In this document: piece after piece, positions 37,974 to 48,138 of the stretch
Position numbering within the stretch: position 1 is the stretch's first letter
Layout of the letters: the number at the start of each line of letters is the position of its first letter
Virus record (IMG/VR): IMGVR_UViG_3300034110_001068
Coordinates: 7,014-71,013 of that record
Length of the DNA stretch: 64,000 nt
Direction: 5' to 3' (one strand)
From: a virus
The notes under the pieces: generated by a model
Databases searched by the model: none
The model's input: the letters and a program-made list of their open reading frames with translations, nothing else
What the model was told of the DNA's origin: nothing
Translations under genes and position numbers: made by a program

Positions 37974-39697
37974 TAAATGCCTACCATGATTGGGTTTTCG
38001 TAGAAGCCTGTGGTATCAGGCTCATGAATATTTATAAGAACTCTGCCGATCGCCATGATCAGTGCAATTGCACCGTCGATCTTGTTGTCATCGCCTTGCT
38101 TGATCGGGCGCACAATGTCGTTGTTCCCCGGCAGGTTTTTGCCAATGACGTTGCTGATACACCACGTCATGATCGGGTTGCCGTCGTGATGAAACCGACC
38201 CGACTCGATAGCCGCTTCAAGCTCCTTCATCGGATCCGACATGTTGGTGTAATTCTGCGTGATCGTAATGGGGTTGAATCCCTCGTCGTCTAGCTCATGA
38301 CCAAGCCCCGTCGCACCGTGGGGGTCAATCGGCGCCAGTCTAATTGGCGCCTGATGATTCGCCTCCTTGGTGTCCTCTAGAATCTCTCGATAATCAATCT
38401 CGGCGCCTTCCGTTACATCAAGGTGCCGAGAGTTGATCCACGCCTGAAAGCGTTCCGACATGCGCTTGTTGTCGCTGTTGAACGCAGTGTCTTCTGGCAC
38501 CCAGAACTTAGGCGCAACACTGTAGTAATGCGTCTTCCCATCGATCACGCGCCAGAACAATCTGGCGCGCGAATTCATATCCAGTTTGCGCGCCAGGTCG
38601 AAGCCGGCGATCCATTCCTGGCCCTCAAACTGCTCCAGTGTCAGCGTCGTGTCTTCACACGCTTTCCAGCTTTCCATGTTGTAGAAGCCGGCCTTGGCGC
38701 TCACCCATAGATTGAGGTGCTTCGTTTTGAATGTGTTGGTGAACCTTGCCGATCGGATCGCGCGCGCCTGCTGGCTTTCCAGATACTCCTGGAACACAGA
38801 CACCCCATGGTTAGGGTTGGCCTTGGCCAGCATCTTGGGATCGGTCCAGTCATCGCCCTCGTCCAGCGTCCATATCCAGCCGAACAGCTCGTCGTCTGGC
38901 ACCGTGCCCTCGAGCATCTCGATCACTTGCCGACGTTTGTCGTAGCAAGGCCCTTCGATATCCGCACCGGCCGTGGTGATGATGAACATCAGCGGCTGCC
39001 GGCGTGCGCCCATGCCGGTGAGCATGGTGTCGTACTGAGCAGAGGTCGGGTGTTCGTGGTATTCGTCGACAATGGCGCAGCTCGGTGAGGCGCCGTCGCC
39101 AGGGTTGCCGATCAGCGGCTCGAACCGGCTGAAGTCGGACGGGATGTTCATGTTCGAGGCGTTGACCTCGATGCCCGCGGCCTGGATGAGCATCGGCGAC
39201 TTGCTGACCATCAACTTGGCAGGTCGGAAAACCTCCCACGCCTGCTTCTCAGTTGTGGCGCCGGCATATACCTCGGCGCCGAACTCGTCATCGGCAACGA
39301 ACATGCTAATGCCCACGCAGCCCGCGACGACAGATTTGCCGTTCTTGCGCGGTACTTCCCAGTAACTTTCACGGAACCGGCGGTGACCGCCCTTCTTCTT
39401 TACCCAGCCGAAGGTGGCGGCAAGGCCGAACAACTGCCATGGCTCGAGAGTAATCAGTTGACGCTTGAACGCCCACTCACCTTTTGTGTGCGGAAGCAGT
39501 TGGCTCAACTTGAGCTTTTTCTCAGCCTTGGCTGCATCGAATTTATAGCGAAATCCGCGTTTGCGACTGGCGGCCAGGTCATCGAAGTGCCGCTGGATCG
39601 CTTGGTGAACATACCGGCAAGCCGGCACCTTGCCTCGAAGAACCGAGCGCCCCCAAGCCGTCGCCCTATCGACGTTCGGCGTAGGGGACTTGGCCAT
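37973..39697 (-). CDS. terminase large subunit
   Basis: LEPWQ, PRKNGKS, IVDEYH, ITTAG, KIDG. Confidence 0.95.
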   Translation of the reverse strand: MAKSPTPNVDRATAWGRSVLRGKVPACRYVHQAIQRHFDDLAASRKRGFRYKFDAAKAEKKLKLSQLLPHTKGEWAFKRQLITLEPWQLFGLAATFGWVKKKGGHRRFRESYWEVPRKNGKSVVAGCVGISMFVADDEFGAEVYAGATTEKQAWEVFRPAKLMVSKSPMLIQAAGIEVNASNMNIPSDFSRFEPLIGNPGDGASPSCAIVDEYHEHPTSAQYDTMLTGMGARRQPLMFIITTAGADIEGPCYDKRRQVIEMLEGTVPDDELFGWIWTLDEGDDWTDPKMLAKANPNHGVSVFQEYLESQQARAIRSARFTNTFKTKHLNLWVSAKAGFYNMESWKACEDTTLTLEQFEGQEWIAGFDLARKLDMNSRARLFWRVIDGKTHYYSVAPKFWVPEDTAFNSDNKRMSERFQAWINSRHLDVTEGAEIDYREILEDTKEANHQAPIRLAPIDPHGATGLGHELDDEGFNPITITQNYTNMSDPMKELEAAIESGRFHHDGNPIMTWCISNVIGKNLPGNNDIVRPIKQGDDNKIDGAIALIMAIGRVLINIHEPDTTGFYENPIMVGI

Positions 39698-40186
39698 TTA
39701 GGATCTCAGTAGTTGGGCGAATTCATTGGTTTGTTTTTCCTTGTTCCCGCCGATCAGGCGCGAGCGGCTGGACGGATCAAGGCCAAGCATCGACCCGAAG
39801 GTCACCATCTGGCGCATCGCCTCGTTGGCCGCGGTCAGTGCTGGATTTTTCATCGGGCTGCCTTGGGCGGAACTGACAACAATGCCGAACTGCTGGACGG
39901 AATCTTCGGCCATCCGCCACTTGCTGTACGCAGTGCAAAACGCCTCCACGTTATGAAGGTCGGTCAGGGCTATGACGTGTTCGCGGAGTAATTCCGGGAC
40001 GACCATCTTCCACATGGTGGCGGCGATATCGCTCATCCACTCGGGCGGATCGATGTCTTTTGTGATTTCTGAAAACTGTGGCTCGGACGTGTTCAGCGCC
40101 CGCTTGCCGGGATTACCGGCCAGTGCTTTCTTGGCCGTTGGCTTGGGTTTGCGACCACGGCCGGCGACCGTGGCGGTGCCTCCCAT
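39698..40186 (-). CDS. terminase small subunit (P27 family)
   Basis: GRKPKPT..GNPGKR, KNPA, LGLDPSSRSRL. Confidence 0.92.
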   Translation of the reverse strand: MGGTATVAGRGRKPKPTAKKALAGNPGKRALNTSEPQFSEITKDIDPPEWMSDIAATMWKMVVPELLREHVIALTDLHNVEAFCTAYSKWRMAEDSVQQFGIVVSSAQGSPMKNPALTAANEAMRQMVTFGSMLGLDPSSRSRLIGGNKEKQTNEFAQLLRS

Positions 40187-40335
40187 CGCGCAACTCCTGA
40201 TTTTTTAATTTCGCGGGCGTAAGAGAAAGGCTGGGCGGACGGTCTAGAAGCAAAAAGCCCCCGACTTTTGACCCTCCCCCACCCCTCTGGATGGGAATAT
40301 GTCTCATCTGGCCGTTTTCCGTGCATTTCGCACGA

Positions 40336-40719
40336 CTAGCGCCTTGGGTTGCCCCAACCACCGTCTTCGGAGGCCGTCTTCGTGCTGTGGCAGCTATGGC
40401 ACAGCGACTGCCAGTTGCTGCGATCCCAGAAAAGAGTCATGTCGCCCTTGTGAGGGATGATGTGATCCACCTCAGTCGCGGCCACCACCTCGTTGCGCCG
40501 ACCATGTTCAGCGCACAGCGGGTGCTTGATGAGGAAGCCTTTGCTCGCCTTCTGCCACTTGTACCCGTAGCCACGCTGCGTGCTGCTCTCTCTCTGAGCA
40601 TCGACGCGCTTGGCTGCCGCAGCCTTCGCCAGCTCGGCATGGTCATCGCAGTAACGGGCATTGCGGGTCAGCGCCCGGCAGCCAAGCGCGGTGCATGGCT
40701 TTTGTGGACGTAACGGCAT
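40336..40719 (-). CDS. terminase-associated HNH endonuclease
   Basis: VDHIIPHKG..NWQSLCHSCH; upstream of terS. Confidence 0.92.
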   Translation of the reverse strand: MPLRPQKPCTALGCRALTRNARYCDDHAELAKAAAAKRVDAQRESSTQRGYGYKWQKASKGFLIKHPLCAEHGRRNEVVAATEVDHIIPHKGDMTLFWDRSNWQSLCHSCHSTKTASEDGGWGNPRR

Positions 40720-40730
40720 GACTACCTCTA

Positions 40731-41069
40731 TTACTGAGTGACTCGCTCAACTGCTTCAGCAGCCTTGCCGGCGGCTTGGCTTGCGACATCTGCTGCCTGG
40801 GTGGCGGTGTTCGCTGCCTTGGTTGCCTTCTCTGCAGCAGTGCCCGTTTTCCGCGTCAACTCATCCAGACGATGATCACGCTCAACCATCGCGGTCGCGT
40901 ACGCGCTGCGAATGTCCTCGACCTGCTTGGCCTGTTTCTCGGCCAAGGACCAGTAGCAGGCCTGATAGCCAAGTACCGATCCACCGGCAACCAACACGAT
41001 TGCGATCGCCCAGACCTCAGCCCGGCGCCACCAGCGGCGGGCAATGAATTCCATTGCACATCTGTCCAT
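40731..41069 (-). CDS. single-TM protein of putative holin pair
   Basis: N-terminal TM then coiled coil; early late-operon position. Confidence 0.55.
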   Translation of the reverse strand: MDRCAMEFIARRWWRRAEVWAIAIVLVAGGSVLGYQACYWSLAEKQAKQVEDIRSAYATAMVERDHRLDELTRKTGTAAEKATKAANTATQAADVASQAAGKAAEAVERVTQ

Positions 41070-41440
41070 TAAGCGACACCTCCGAGCTTGTTCCGCAGGC
41101 GCGTGATTTCGTCGCTCTGCAGCGTCACCCGCTCGGTAAGCTGGGCGACCTGACTGGTCAAGGCTTCAATCTTCCCTTCCATGCGCCCGACGGATGCAGC
41201 AAGGTCGTTTCGCTCCTTGGCGAATTGATCGGCACGCGCCTCGGCTTCCTTCCGGGCCGTGCGCTCGGAATCCAACAATTCATTGAGGCGACGAACCGTA
41301 CCGATATCGGCATTGTCCATGGCTCGATCAGCGGCGTCCTTTGAAAGGAATTTCCGCAGCCAAAGCAAGCCGCCGAGGATCACCGTGGCACTACCGCTCA
41401 GCCAGGTAACGGTGCCTGCGCCGAGGTCGGTAGGATCCAT
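41069..41440 (-). CDS. putative holin-like TM plus coiled-coil protein
   Basis: Start MDPTDLG at 41440 (SD GGAG); one TM; lysis-gene position after Q. Confidence 0.55.
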   Translation of the reverse strand: MDPTDLGAGTVTWLSGSATVILGGLLWLRKFLSKDAADRAMDNADIGTVRRLNELLDSERTARKEAEARADQFAKERNDLAASVGRMEGKIEALTSQVAQLTERVTLQSDEITRLRNKLGGVA

Positions 41441-41537
41441 CACAACTCCGAAATAAAAAGAGGCCTGCGTGGCCTGGGGCAATGCCCGGAAACGAAAAAG
41501 CCCAGCTTGATTGCTGGGCTTTCATATTTGGAAAAGA

Positions 41538-42023
41538 TCAGTTCTTTATGAGAATTTTCGACTGATCTAGTCTGGCGATCAGGATTTCAACAATCTGGTT
41601 ATAAACCGGTTCAAAACTTCCCGATTTTACAGATTCTACTTCGAGGATGACGCCCTTACCGTTTACATCGAAGAGGTATCCCTCATCGCAAAATTGGACG
41701 CTCATGTCGAATACGTAGATTGTTCGGCTATCTCGGTCTTCTGAGACGATGGTTAGAGCGAGAGAGAAGTCGACTTTTCCATTTAGGCTGCTGAGCTCAT
41801 TCCAGCGCTTTTCTTTAAACGCATGTCCTGCACCCTCTCCCAATGTAACGTAGCGGTCACCTATCTTACCGTCGGGATGATTCCACCGATCTCCCGGCAG
41901 CCCTAAGTATTTCCCGAAGCCGGAAGCTAGATCAGCCGCTGCCTTAGAAAGCAGATGAAGCTGAGCCTGGATAGCGGCTTCACGGGTCTCATATCGTTTC
42001 TGAAGATCTGCGTACAGGGACAT
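41538..42023 (-). CDS. hypothetical moron protein (161 aa)
   Basis: SD AAGGAG; AT-richer; bracketed by terminators 41495-41522 and 42080-42107. Confidence 0.75.
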   Translation of the reverse strand: MSLYADLQKRYETREAAIQAQLHLLSKAAADLASGFGKYLGLPGDRWNHPDGKIGDRYVTLGEGAGHAFKEKRWNELSSLNGKVDFSLALTIVSEDRDSRTIYVFDMSVQFCDEGYLFDVNGKGVILEVESVKSGSFEPVYNQIVEILIARLDQSKILIKN

Positions 42024-42079
42024 AACCAACTCCTTATGATCGAGCTGGCAACATGCCACAAAGACGGAAATCGAACCAC

Positions 42080-42183
42080 AAAAAAGCCCCGCTCGGTGGC
42101 GGGGCTTCGTGGGTCGTCTCTCATAACGCGCAAGATCGACATGATGGGGTTAATTTACGGCCAATTGGCCATCATGGTCAAGC
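42080..42183 (-). promoter_or_regulatory. late promoter PR'-like and tR'-like terminator
   Basis: TTGACC-18-TAAATT overlapping the Q stop codon, then AGCCCCGC/GCGGGGCT + T-run. Confidence 0.55.
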
Positions 42184-42747
42184 GGCATCTACAAAGATTT
42201 GTTCCCGGTCGAAAATCTCGGTTGCATGGACCACTGCAGCCTCTTCTAGCTGCTCAAGTCGTTTGTGGATTCCGCCACGCCAATTACGTCGCGTGCGCTC
42301 AGGTGAGCCCGACAAATCCCAAGTGTTCATGTCGTAGAACTCGGCCGGCAGCACGATCATGTCGGTTGAGCGCTTACCCGACTGCACACCCTTCAGCTTC
42401 GGAATAGCCCAAGCAGTGAGCGCTTTGTAAATGAACAGTTCAGGCGCCGGCGAGGTCATTCGCGAAACCAGCCGGCCGATCGCGGCTACCTTGTTGGCCT
42501 TGTGGGTCGAATACTTGGCAACCAGAACGTCCCACTGCGCGGGCGCGAGCTGACGGTGCAGAAGCGCATATAAGCAGCAGTCGTAATCGAACTTGTCGCG
42601 GGGTGATAGGGAGCTGCCATTTCCGCCTTGGCGCAGATCGGCATCGATCAGCTTTTGCCAGGACTGCTTGGTGCTGTTGTCGATGTTATCGGCAGCGAGC
42701 ACGCGCACGAGGGTGCTCATCACGTCTTTATACATACCCATGCTCAA
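42178..42747 (-). CDS. late-gene regulator (antiterminator Q-like)
   Basis: Last gene of early-right operon, directly before promoter/terminator pair; assignment mainly by synteny. Confidence 0.6.
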   Translation of the reverse strand: MSMGMYKDVMSTLVRVLAADNIDNSTKQSWQKLIDADLRQGGNGSSLSPRDKFDYDCCLYALLHRQLAPAQWDVLVAKYSTHKANKVAAIGRLVSRMTSPAPELFIYKALTAWAIPKLKGVQSGKRSTDMIVLPAEFYDMNTWDLSGSPERTRRNWRGGIHKRLEQLEEAAVVHATEIFDREQIFVDAA

Positions 42748-43055
42748 TCCCCCTTGTAAGACGAACCGCCAGGCCCGCGGCTGTTTGCTGTTTGGTATTC
42801 ATCAACGATCAAGTGAGTCGGATTTTTGCCGGTGATCTGTGCGCCACCCCGACGAGCCATTCGGGCGAGCTGAACCACCAGATGCTCCAGCGGCACCACC
42901 TCAAGAGTCTGGGCATGGACGAAGCCGGACGAGTGACAGCCGATGCAATCGAGCTCGTAGAAAACGCCCTTGATCATTCCTTTACCAGCGCACGACGGGC
43001 AGTCGGTGAGCGGGATCAGGGTTCGCACTAAGGCAGGTCCATGCGACTTCTTCAT
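42744..43055 (-). CDS. CxxC zinc-finger hypothetical protein
   Basis: CPSCAGKG..CIGCHSSG. Confidence 0.7.
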   Translation of the reverse strand: MKKSHGPALVRTLIPLTDCPSCAGKGMIKGVFYELDCIGCHSSGFVHAQTLEVVPLEHLVVQLARMARRGGAQITGKNPTHLIVDEYQTANSRGPGGSSYKGD

Positions 43056-43249
43056 ACGGCCTCCAGCAGCTGGAAGTGGAGTTTGGCGACATCGACACCA
43101 GTCTCAGGGCGATGCGCTACCTGAACCTCGAAACCATCCTTCATGGTAATCACCAGATACTTGGATCCGTTGAACTTGCTGAACCGAATCGAACCAACCA
43201 TTGCGGGATTCACGGCGAGACCGGAGTGCTGATCGAGCAAAATCATCAT
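43052..43249 (-). CDS. hypothetical protein
   Basis: Translationally coupled in nin-like region. Confidence 0.65.
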   Translation of the reverse strand: MMILLDQHSGLAVNPAMVGSIRFSKFNGSKYLVITMKDGFEVQVAHRPETGVDVAKLHFQLLEAV

Positions 43250-43251
43250 TT

Positions 43252-44532
43252 TTAAACCTCGCCTATGGTTGTTTCTTTAATGGCCTTGCAGGCCTTATGG
43301 TCTGTGGCTTGCAGCGAATTACCAGAATCTTCAAATCTAAAGTCGGTCAATCCATGAATCGCTGCAAAGCCTTTCTGATCTAGATGTGCGTGCCACTGTT
43401 GAAGGGCATCCCGCTTGCGGCTCATTACGTCCGACTGGATGTAAACCTTCACGTTGTGCCCCATTGCGTGGTTGATTAGAAGCTCGCCAATGAGGTGGTC
43501 GATGCCGAGATCTGCCCAGCCCGTGCGCGCCACCTTGCGCAAGTCGTGACTGGTCCACTCGCCCTTTCCCAACCGACGGAACACGGCGCAGCCTTGTGCC
43601 TCGCCCAGCGCCTTGCCATTGCGCGCAGGGAACATGCATTGGCCGTCATAGCCTCGGGCGTACTGACTTTCTCGGTACCGGGTCAGCAGCGTGCAAACCT
43701 GCTCGGTCAGGGGCAGGTGATGCTCGACGCTGGTTTTCGTGTTCTCGGCCGGGATGAACCATTCGCGTTCAGCTAAGCTAATGTGAGACCAGCGCGCCAT
43801 CCGGGTTTCACCGATCCGCGTGCCATGGCAGAGCATCATCAGTGCGAGCATCGAATCCAGCGGCGCGGTGCTCATGACTTCGGCCAGTTGCCCGAGCAGG
43901 CCTTCCAACTGAACGCCGCGCAGACGGGACGGCTTGATGCCGACTTTTGCCTTAGAGAAGTCGTTGAACCGGATCGCTGCCATCGGGTTGGACGTGATCA
44001 TCCCCAGCTTGGCCGCCTGCCGGAATGCCAAGGCCAGCAACTGGAATGCCGAACGCACGTAGTCGATGGAAACCGTTTCCTGCAGCGGCCACATCAGCAG
44101 GGTATCGAGAGCGGCCTTGTCGATGCCGATCAGGGGCAGCTCGCCAAGGCGCGGTTTCAGGTGGCACTTGATGATCGATGCGCCAGTGTTCTTGCGCTTG
44201 GTCGAGAGATTGCGATCGCGTGACATGCGATCAGCGAACCAGTCCAGCAGCTCACCCACGGTGTTCCACTTCGACAGGTTTGCGCCTTCGCCAGCGGCCA
44301 GACGAAGTCGAATCGACGGAAGCGCCGAGACCACCTGCTTGTGTGTCAGCTCGGGGAAGGTACCGATCTGGTTCCACTCGCCCTTCAACACCAGGTACCA
44401 AGATCCACCGGTGCGAGCCTTGTTGAAGCGCAGGTACAGGCCTTTGTTTTCGAGGTCGCGCACGTCCTGTACGGTGCCGGCCACTTGGCGCTTGATCTCA
44501 GCTTCGGTGATCTTCACTGCGGCGGTTGTCAT
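43252..44532 (-). CDS. second tyrosine recombinase (in nin-like region)
   Basis: GTRIGE, HDLRK, INH, VY catalytic set; N-terminal arm-binding-like domain (GLYLR..SWY). Confidence 0.88.
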   Translation of the reverse strand: MTTAAVKITEAEIKRQVAGTVQDVRDLENKGLYLRFNKARTGGSWYLVLKGEWNQIGTFPELTHKQVVSALPSIRLRLAAGEGANLSKWNTVGELLDWFADRMSRDRNLSTKRKNTGASIIKCHLKPRLGELPLIGIDKAALDTLLMWPLQETVSIDYVRSAFQLLALAFRQAAKLGMITSNPMAAIRFNDFSKAKVGIKPSRLRGVQLEGLLGQLAEVMSTAPLDSMLALMMLCHGTRIGETRMARWSHISLAEREWFIPAENTKTSVEHHLPLTEQVCTLLTRYRESQYARGYDGQCMFPARNGKALGEAQGCAVFRRLGKGEWTSHDLRKVARTGWADLGIDHLIGELLINHAMGHNVKVYIQSDVMSRKRDALQQWHAHLDQKGFAAIHGLTDFRFEDSGNSLQATDHKACKAIKETTIGEV

Positions 44533-44798
44533 GCCGGTACCGCCTTGGACTTTTGCCCTGCAGGTGCGAAATCACCACGCAATGGAATGAGCTCATGCTC
44601 GCCGTACGCAGTGCGCGCCCCGGAACTGTGGTGAGTCACGTACCAACCGGCCGTGGGAGCCTTAAACTTCCAGTCTTTGCCCCGAACTACATCCCCTTTT
44701 TCTATGCGCTCCGAAAGCTCCACCTGACTACCCGCTGGGATTTCCGCATCAAAGACTTTGGTTAGCGCCAGATCACCCGGTTGAAATTGATTGCTCAT
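44529..44798 (-). CDS. hypothetical protein
   Basis: MSNQFQPGDLAL, ATGA-coupled at both ends. Confidence 0.7.
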   Translation of the reverse strand: MSNQFQPGDLALTKVFDAEIPAGSQVELSERIEKGDVVRGKDWKFKAPTAGWYVTHHSSGARTAYGEHELIPLRGDFAPAGQKSKAVPA

Positions 44799-45226
44799 GC
44801 AGCCACCACAGTAGGAGCGAGTCGAAGGTAGGCGCGGATCTGCTCCATCGCGTCGAAGTGCCCACGGCACACGATGGCGAGATAGCCCTGCTCGTTCAGC
44901 TTGCGTAGCCGCTCCTGCTGACTCGGCGACACCGGGGCGTCGTTCGGCGGCGTGGCCTTGAATTCGATATAGAGACCGAAGTAGCCACCGCGAGCCATGT
45001 TCAGCACCAGATCCGGAATACCGGCCTTCACGCCCTGGGCTTTGAGCTTGGCAGCCACCGCCTTCACTCGGTGCCCGCCGTTCGGGACGTGATAGATCAG
45101 ATCGAACACGACCGGTAAGCAGAGCTCAAGCTCACGCATCAGACCCGCCTGTTCCAACCCTTCCCGGTCGACTGGCTTGGCCCGGGCGGCTTTCGGCTTG
45201 AACAGTTTTGGGGAGAATGACTTCAT
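44795..45226 (-). CDS. VRR-NUC nuclease / Holliday junction resolvase
   Basis: HVPNGG, GVKAGIPDL, YIEFK. Confidence 0.9.
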   Translation of the reverse strand: MKSFSPKLFKPKAARAKPVDREGLEQAGLMRELELCLPVVFDLIYHVPNGGHRVKAVAAKLKAQGVKAGIPDLVLNMARGGYFGLYIEFKATPPNDAPVSPSQQERLRKLNEQGYLAIVCRGHFDAMEQIRAYLRLAPTVVAA

Positions 45227-45354
45227 AGGCGCTCACCACGGGCCATGCGTGCACGTCGGGTCAGCCGCCAAATGCCCCACAGGCAAGCGACGAAGAGGAT
45301 CAGCAGCGAACCGAAATAGAAGTGGAGCAGATTGTTTTCCAGAAAGGCGATCAT
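45223..45354 (-). CDS. small single-TM protein (43 aa)
   Basis: MIAFLENNLLHFYFGSLLILFVACLWGIWR, ATGA-coupled. Confidence 0.6.
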   Translation of the reverse strand: MIAFLENNLLHFYFGSLLILFVACLWGIWRLTRRARMARGERL

Positions 45355-45653
45355 GCGGCCCCCTTTACGGTGAGAATTCCTGCCCTGATCAGGGCTTCGT
45401 GGGTTTCGGCGATCGCGCGCGGCACGTCCTGCCAATCGATCTCGCCGGCGGCGCGGCCGTCGATCACGTCATGGCAGGCGCTGCACGCGTACACCGCCAC
45501 TGTGTCGAAGCCCTTCATGCCCATGCCCTTCTGCCCGCAAGGCAGATGCGCGAGCACGGTGGTTTCCGGGTTGTGGTTGCAGACGCCTGGCATGCGCAGC
45601 GTGCAGTCTTGGCCGTTCGCCGAGGCGCGGAGTTTCTTCGAGGTCACGCGCAT
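45351..45653 (-). CDS. DUF1364/YbcO-family protein
   Basis: CTLRMPGVC, VLAHL, ACSACHD. Confidence 0.85.
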   Translation of the reverse strand: MRVTSKKLRASANGQDCTLRMPGVCNHNPETTVLAHLPCGQKGMGMKGFDTVAVYACSACHDVIDGRAAGEIDWQDVPRAIAETHEALIRAGILTVKGAA

Positions 45654-45853
45654 ACCCGCTCTCCCGTGGTGATGTCGATCACCTCGCAACAGCATGGCCA
45701 CATCGATTGTCCGTACCGGAGGGCGGCTGCTGAATCAGCGAACAGCGCGACGGCACGGTCAGGCAGACAAGTCAGGTCCCACTTGTAGCCGCAGCTGTGG
45801 ACGGCGTACCGGTAATCCGAAGGATCAACCGGCGCAAGGCGGGAATCAGCCAT
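45644..45853 (-). CDS. hypothetical protein
   Basis: Coupled ORF after replication P gene. Confidence 0.65.
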   Translation of the reverse strand: MADSRLAPVDPSDYRYAVHSCGYKWDLTCLPDRAVALFADSAAALRYGQSMWPCCCEVIDITTGERVCA

Positions 45854-46610
45854 GGGCGGCGCCCCCCACGACCCGAGCCGATGGCGTGAGACCGAGACGG
45901 CGCAGCAGCTGCTCGCGCGCCGCCTGGCCGTCGGCCGGAATTCCCATCCGCGCCACCTGCGCCTGCGCTACTCGCTCGGTCAGTTCGTTTGCCCGCTCGA
46001 TCGGCGGCTTGCTGCCGTCGTGGCCAATGCCAACGGCGATATCCTCGAGCGGCAGACCCTGCACGAGACGGCGGATGGTGATGTCGTAAGCCCGGTCGAA
46101 AACCTTGCTGGCCTTCTCCGGGATCAGATCACCGAGGTTGTGCAGCTCGCACTGGAGCGCAGCATGGCGCACGGCAGCGTGGGACCAAGTGCGCGCGCCG
46201 AAACGACTCGGATGCGAGTTCTCCAGCGCCTCGCGAAAGGCCTTGTCGTGGGATGGGATTCCGAGCATTTCGGGCGTTGGCTGGCACCACTTGATGAACT
46301 TGCCGACGCTCGGGGCGAAGTCGCCACCGATCTGCCGGCAGTTCTGGAGGCCGTATCGGATCTGTTCCAGCTGATTGATCCCGGCCGCGAGGAATGCCTT
46401 GATCCAGCTGCGCTTTGCAGCCTTCAGCGCCTCATCATCCGGCCAAGCCTGCTTCCATGCCGGGAAAATCGCCTGCAATTCCTTGAACAGCGCGTTCACG
46501 ACCTCGGCGGTACCCGGCGGCAACTGCTTCGGCTGAACCAACGTTACCGGCGGAAGATTGCCCATGGTGCTGAGCAGTTGTTCGGTGCTGCGTGGCTTAT
46601 TGTTTTCCAT
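45846..46610 (-). CDS. replication protein P-like (helicase loader)
   Basis: LFKELQAIFPAW, FAPSVGKFIKWC; follows initiator. Confidence 0.85.
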   Translation of the reverse strand: MENNKPRSTEQLLSTMGNLPPVTLVQPKQLPPGTAEVVNALFKELQAIFPAWKQAWPDDEALKAAKRSWIKAFLAAGINQLEQIRYGLQNCRQIGGDFAPSVGKFIKWCQPTPEMLGIPSHDKAFREALENSHPSRFGARTWSHAAVRHAALQCELHNLGDLIPEKASKVFDRAYDITIRRLVQGLPLEDIAVGIGHDGSKPPIERANELTERVAQAQVARMGIPADGQAAREQLLRRLGLTPSARVVGGAAHG

Positions 46611-47401
46611 CACAGGTCTCCCAGATCGTTCGCCCAGCTGGTGTCATCGAAGTCAGGCGTCCTGCCCTGACCCGAGGCCTTGACACGTTCGCGCTTGACC
46701 CACTGCACCAGCCGGTAGCACCAGCCGGCAGACGTGTCGACGGTGGCTGGCTTGGCGACGAAGAACCCCATGAACGCTCGGATAGCCGCGTCAGGAACGG
46801 CATCGGCAGGAAGTCCGGCGATCGCGATCTGATCCGACAGCGCTTTCTCGTTCGGAGCCCAGGTGGCGAACATGGCGAAGCGTTTGCGATCGTCTTGCGA
46901 TTCGACGGCGGCCCAGTCTTGGTCGACGACAGCGGAATCGATCTCGCGCTGCTGCAGCTGCTCTTCGGTTACCTGATGGTTAAGTGACGTATTGGGTGCA
47001 GCCACTGCACCCCGTTCTGTCTCAGGCTGCACCCCGTTCTGTTGTGAGTTGCACCCCGTTGCGTCATTTGCACCCCGCTCAGAACGGGGTGCAGGATTTG
47101 CACCCCGCGATAGTTGAAGGTCGTAAACGACTGGGCGGCGGTCATGACGGTCGATGTGTACGGCGGCGATGGCCTGATTGCCCTTCTTGATCAGCCCGGA
47201 CTTCTCCAGATCGTCCAGTTTGTAACGCACAGTGCGCTCAGACAGACCGGTGTCGTCGGCCAGGGTGGTAGCAGATGGGAAAGCGCCAGTGCCGTTCGAC
47301 CCGGCGTAGTTGGCTAGGCACAGCAGCACGTGCCGAGCGCTGGAGTCTTTGAGAACTTGAGTGGGCAAACCGAGCGCCCATGACATTGCTTGAACGCTCA
47401 C
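46610..47401 (-). CDS. replication initiator (O-like, N-terminal wHTH)
   Basis: LLCLANYA..FPS..LADDTGLSERTV; contains iterons. Confidence 0.88.
   Translation of the reverse strand: MSVQAMSWALGLPTQVLKDSSARHVLLCLANYAGSNGTGAFPSATTLADDTGLSERTVRYKLDDLEKSGLIKKGNQAIAAVHIDRHDRRPVVYDLQLSRGANPAPRSERGANDATGCNSQQNGVQPETERGAVAAPNTSLNHQVTEEQLQQREIDSAVVDQDWAAVESQDDRKRFAMFATWAPNEKALSDQIAIAGLPADAVPDAAIRAFMGFFVAKPATVDTSAGWCYRLVQWVKRERVKASGQGRTPDFDDTSWANDLGDL
46994..47108. repeat. replication origin iterons TGCACCCCG
   Basis: Direct copies at 47006, 47028, 47050, 47069, 47099; inverted copy 47085-47093 and partial 46994-47000, inside the initiator gene as in lambda ori. Confidence 0.8.
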
Positions 47402-48138
47402 AGCGAAGCTCCGATATTGAATTCGGCCAGACGGGCAAGGCCCTTCGGGGTAACGAGAGGATCGAAAGCGGCGCGTTCCACGCCGGTTTCTGGGTCAGGC
47501 TTGAGCGCGGTCACCTTGTGGACCATGCACCCTGATGTGATTCGTGGCTGGTAAGCAGTCCAGCGGCCGGAGCCTTTGCGGCGAAAGATCCACCGGTTCT
47601 GCTCCATCCACGTGAACAGCTTCGAAGGCTGAATCTGCAGATGCTTTGCAGCGTCGGTGATGCAGATCGCACCGCCGGCAGCGGCAAGGCGATTGATTGC
47701 CGCAACCTTCGGCGCCTGATCGAGAATGACCAGTCGCAGTGTCTGGTTGTCCTTCGCCTGATCGGCTGCGGCTTGCAGCGCCTCGGCATAGGTGGCCGGG
47801 ATCTGGAACTGACCGGCCTGGGCTTCCAGCTCTTGCCAGCGGTCGATAATGCGAGCGCGCAGCTCGACGCTGTAGCCGGATACAACGACCAGAGTGTCAC
47901 GCTGAGACAGCAGGAACTCGCGATAGACCTGACCGTTCTGCGGATGGATATAGGGGGTGTCGTTTGAAGAAACGACCCCCCTTGCAACCAGTGATCGGAT
48001 GGTTTTCAGCACGTTGTCGTGAGAGCTACCGATAAGCTCGGCGATCTCACGCGATGACATGTGTCGCGACACGTTTTGCGAGTTACTGAAATGTGTCGCG
48101 ACACTGGGGGTATTGCCGGGGGTGGTGTTCGTGTTCAT
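47398..48138 (-). CDS. Rha-like / KilA-C (ANT) antirepressor
   Basis: MSSREIAEL..HDNVL, IIDRWQELE, QAPKV, VTPKGL; alternative start 48060. Confidence 0.88.
   Translation of the reverse strand: MNTNTTPGNTPSVATHFSNSQNVSRHMSSREIAELIGSSHDNVLKTIRSLVARGVVSSNDTPYIHPQNGQVYREFLLSQRDTLVVVSGYSVELRARIIDRWQELEAQAGQFQIPATYAEALQAAADQAKDNQTLRLVILDQAPKVAAINRLAAAGGAICITDAAKHLQIQPSKLFTWMEQNRWIFRRKGSGRWTAYQPRITSGCMVHKVTALKPDPETGVERAAFDPLVTPKGLARLAEFNIGASL

Noticed and set aside
40187-40335. Exact cos site
   Set aside because: Position between HNH and terS is expected, but the cohesive end cannot be pinned from sequence alone
46994-47108. Regularly spaced repeats as a mini-CRISPR
   Set aside because: 9-bp units with short spacers inside the replication initiator are ori iterons; no cas genes
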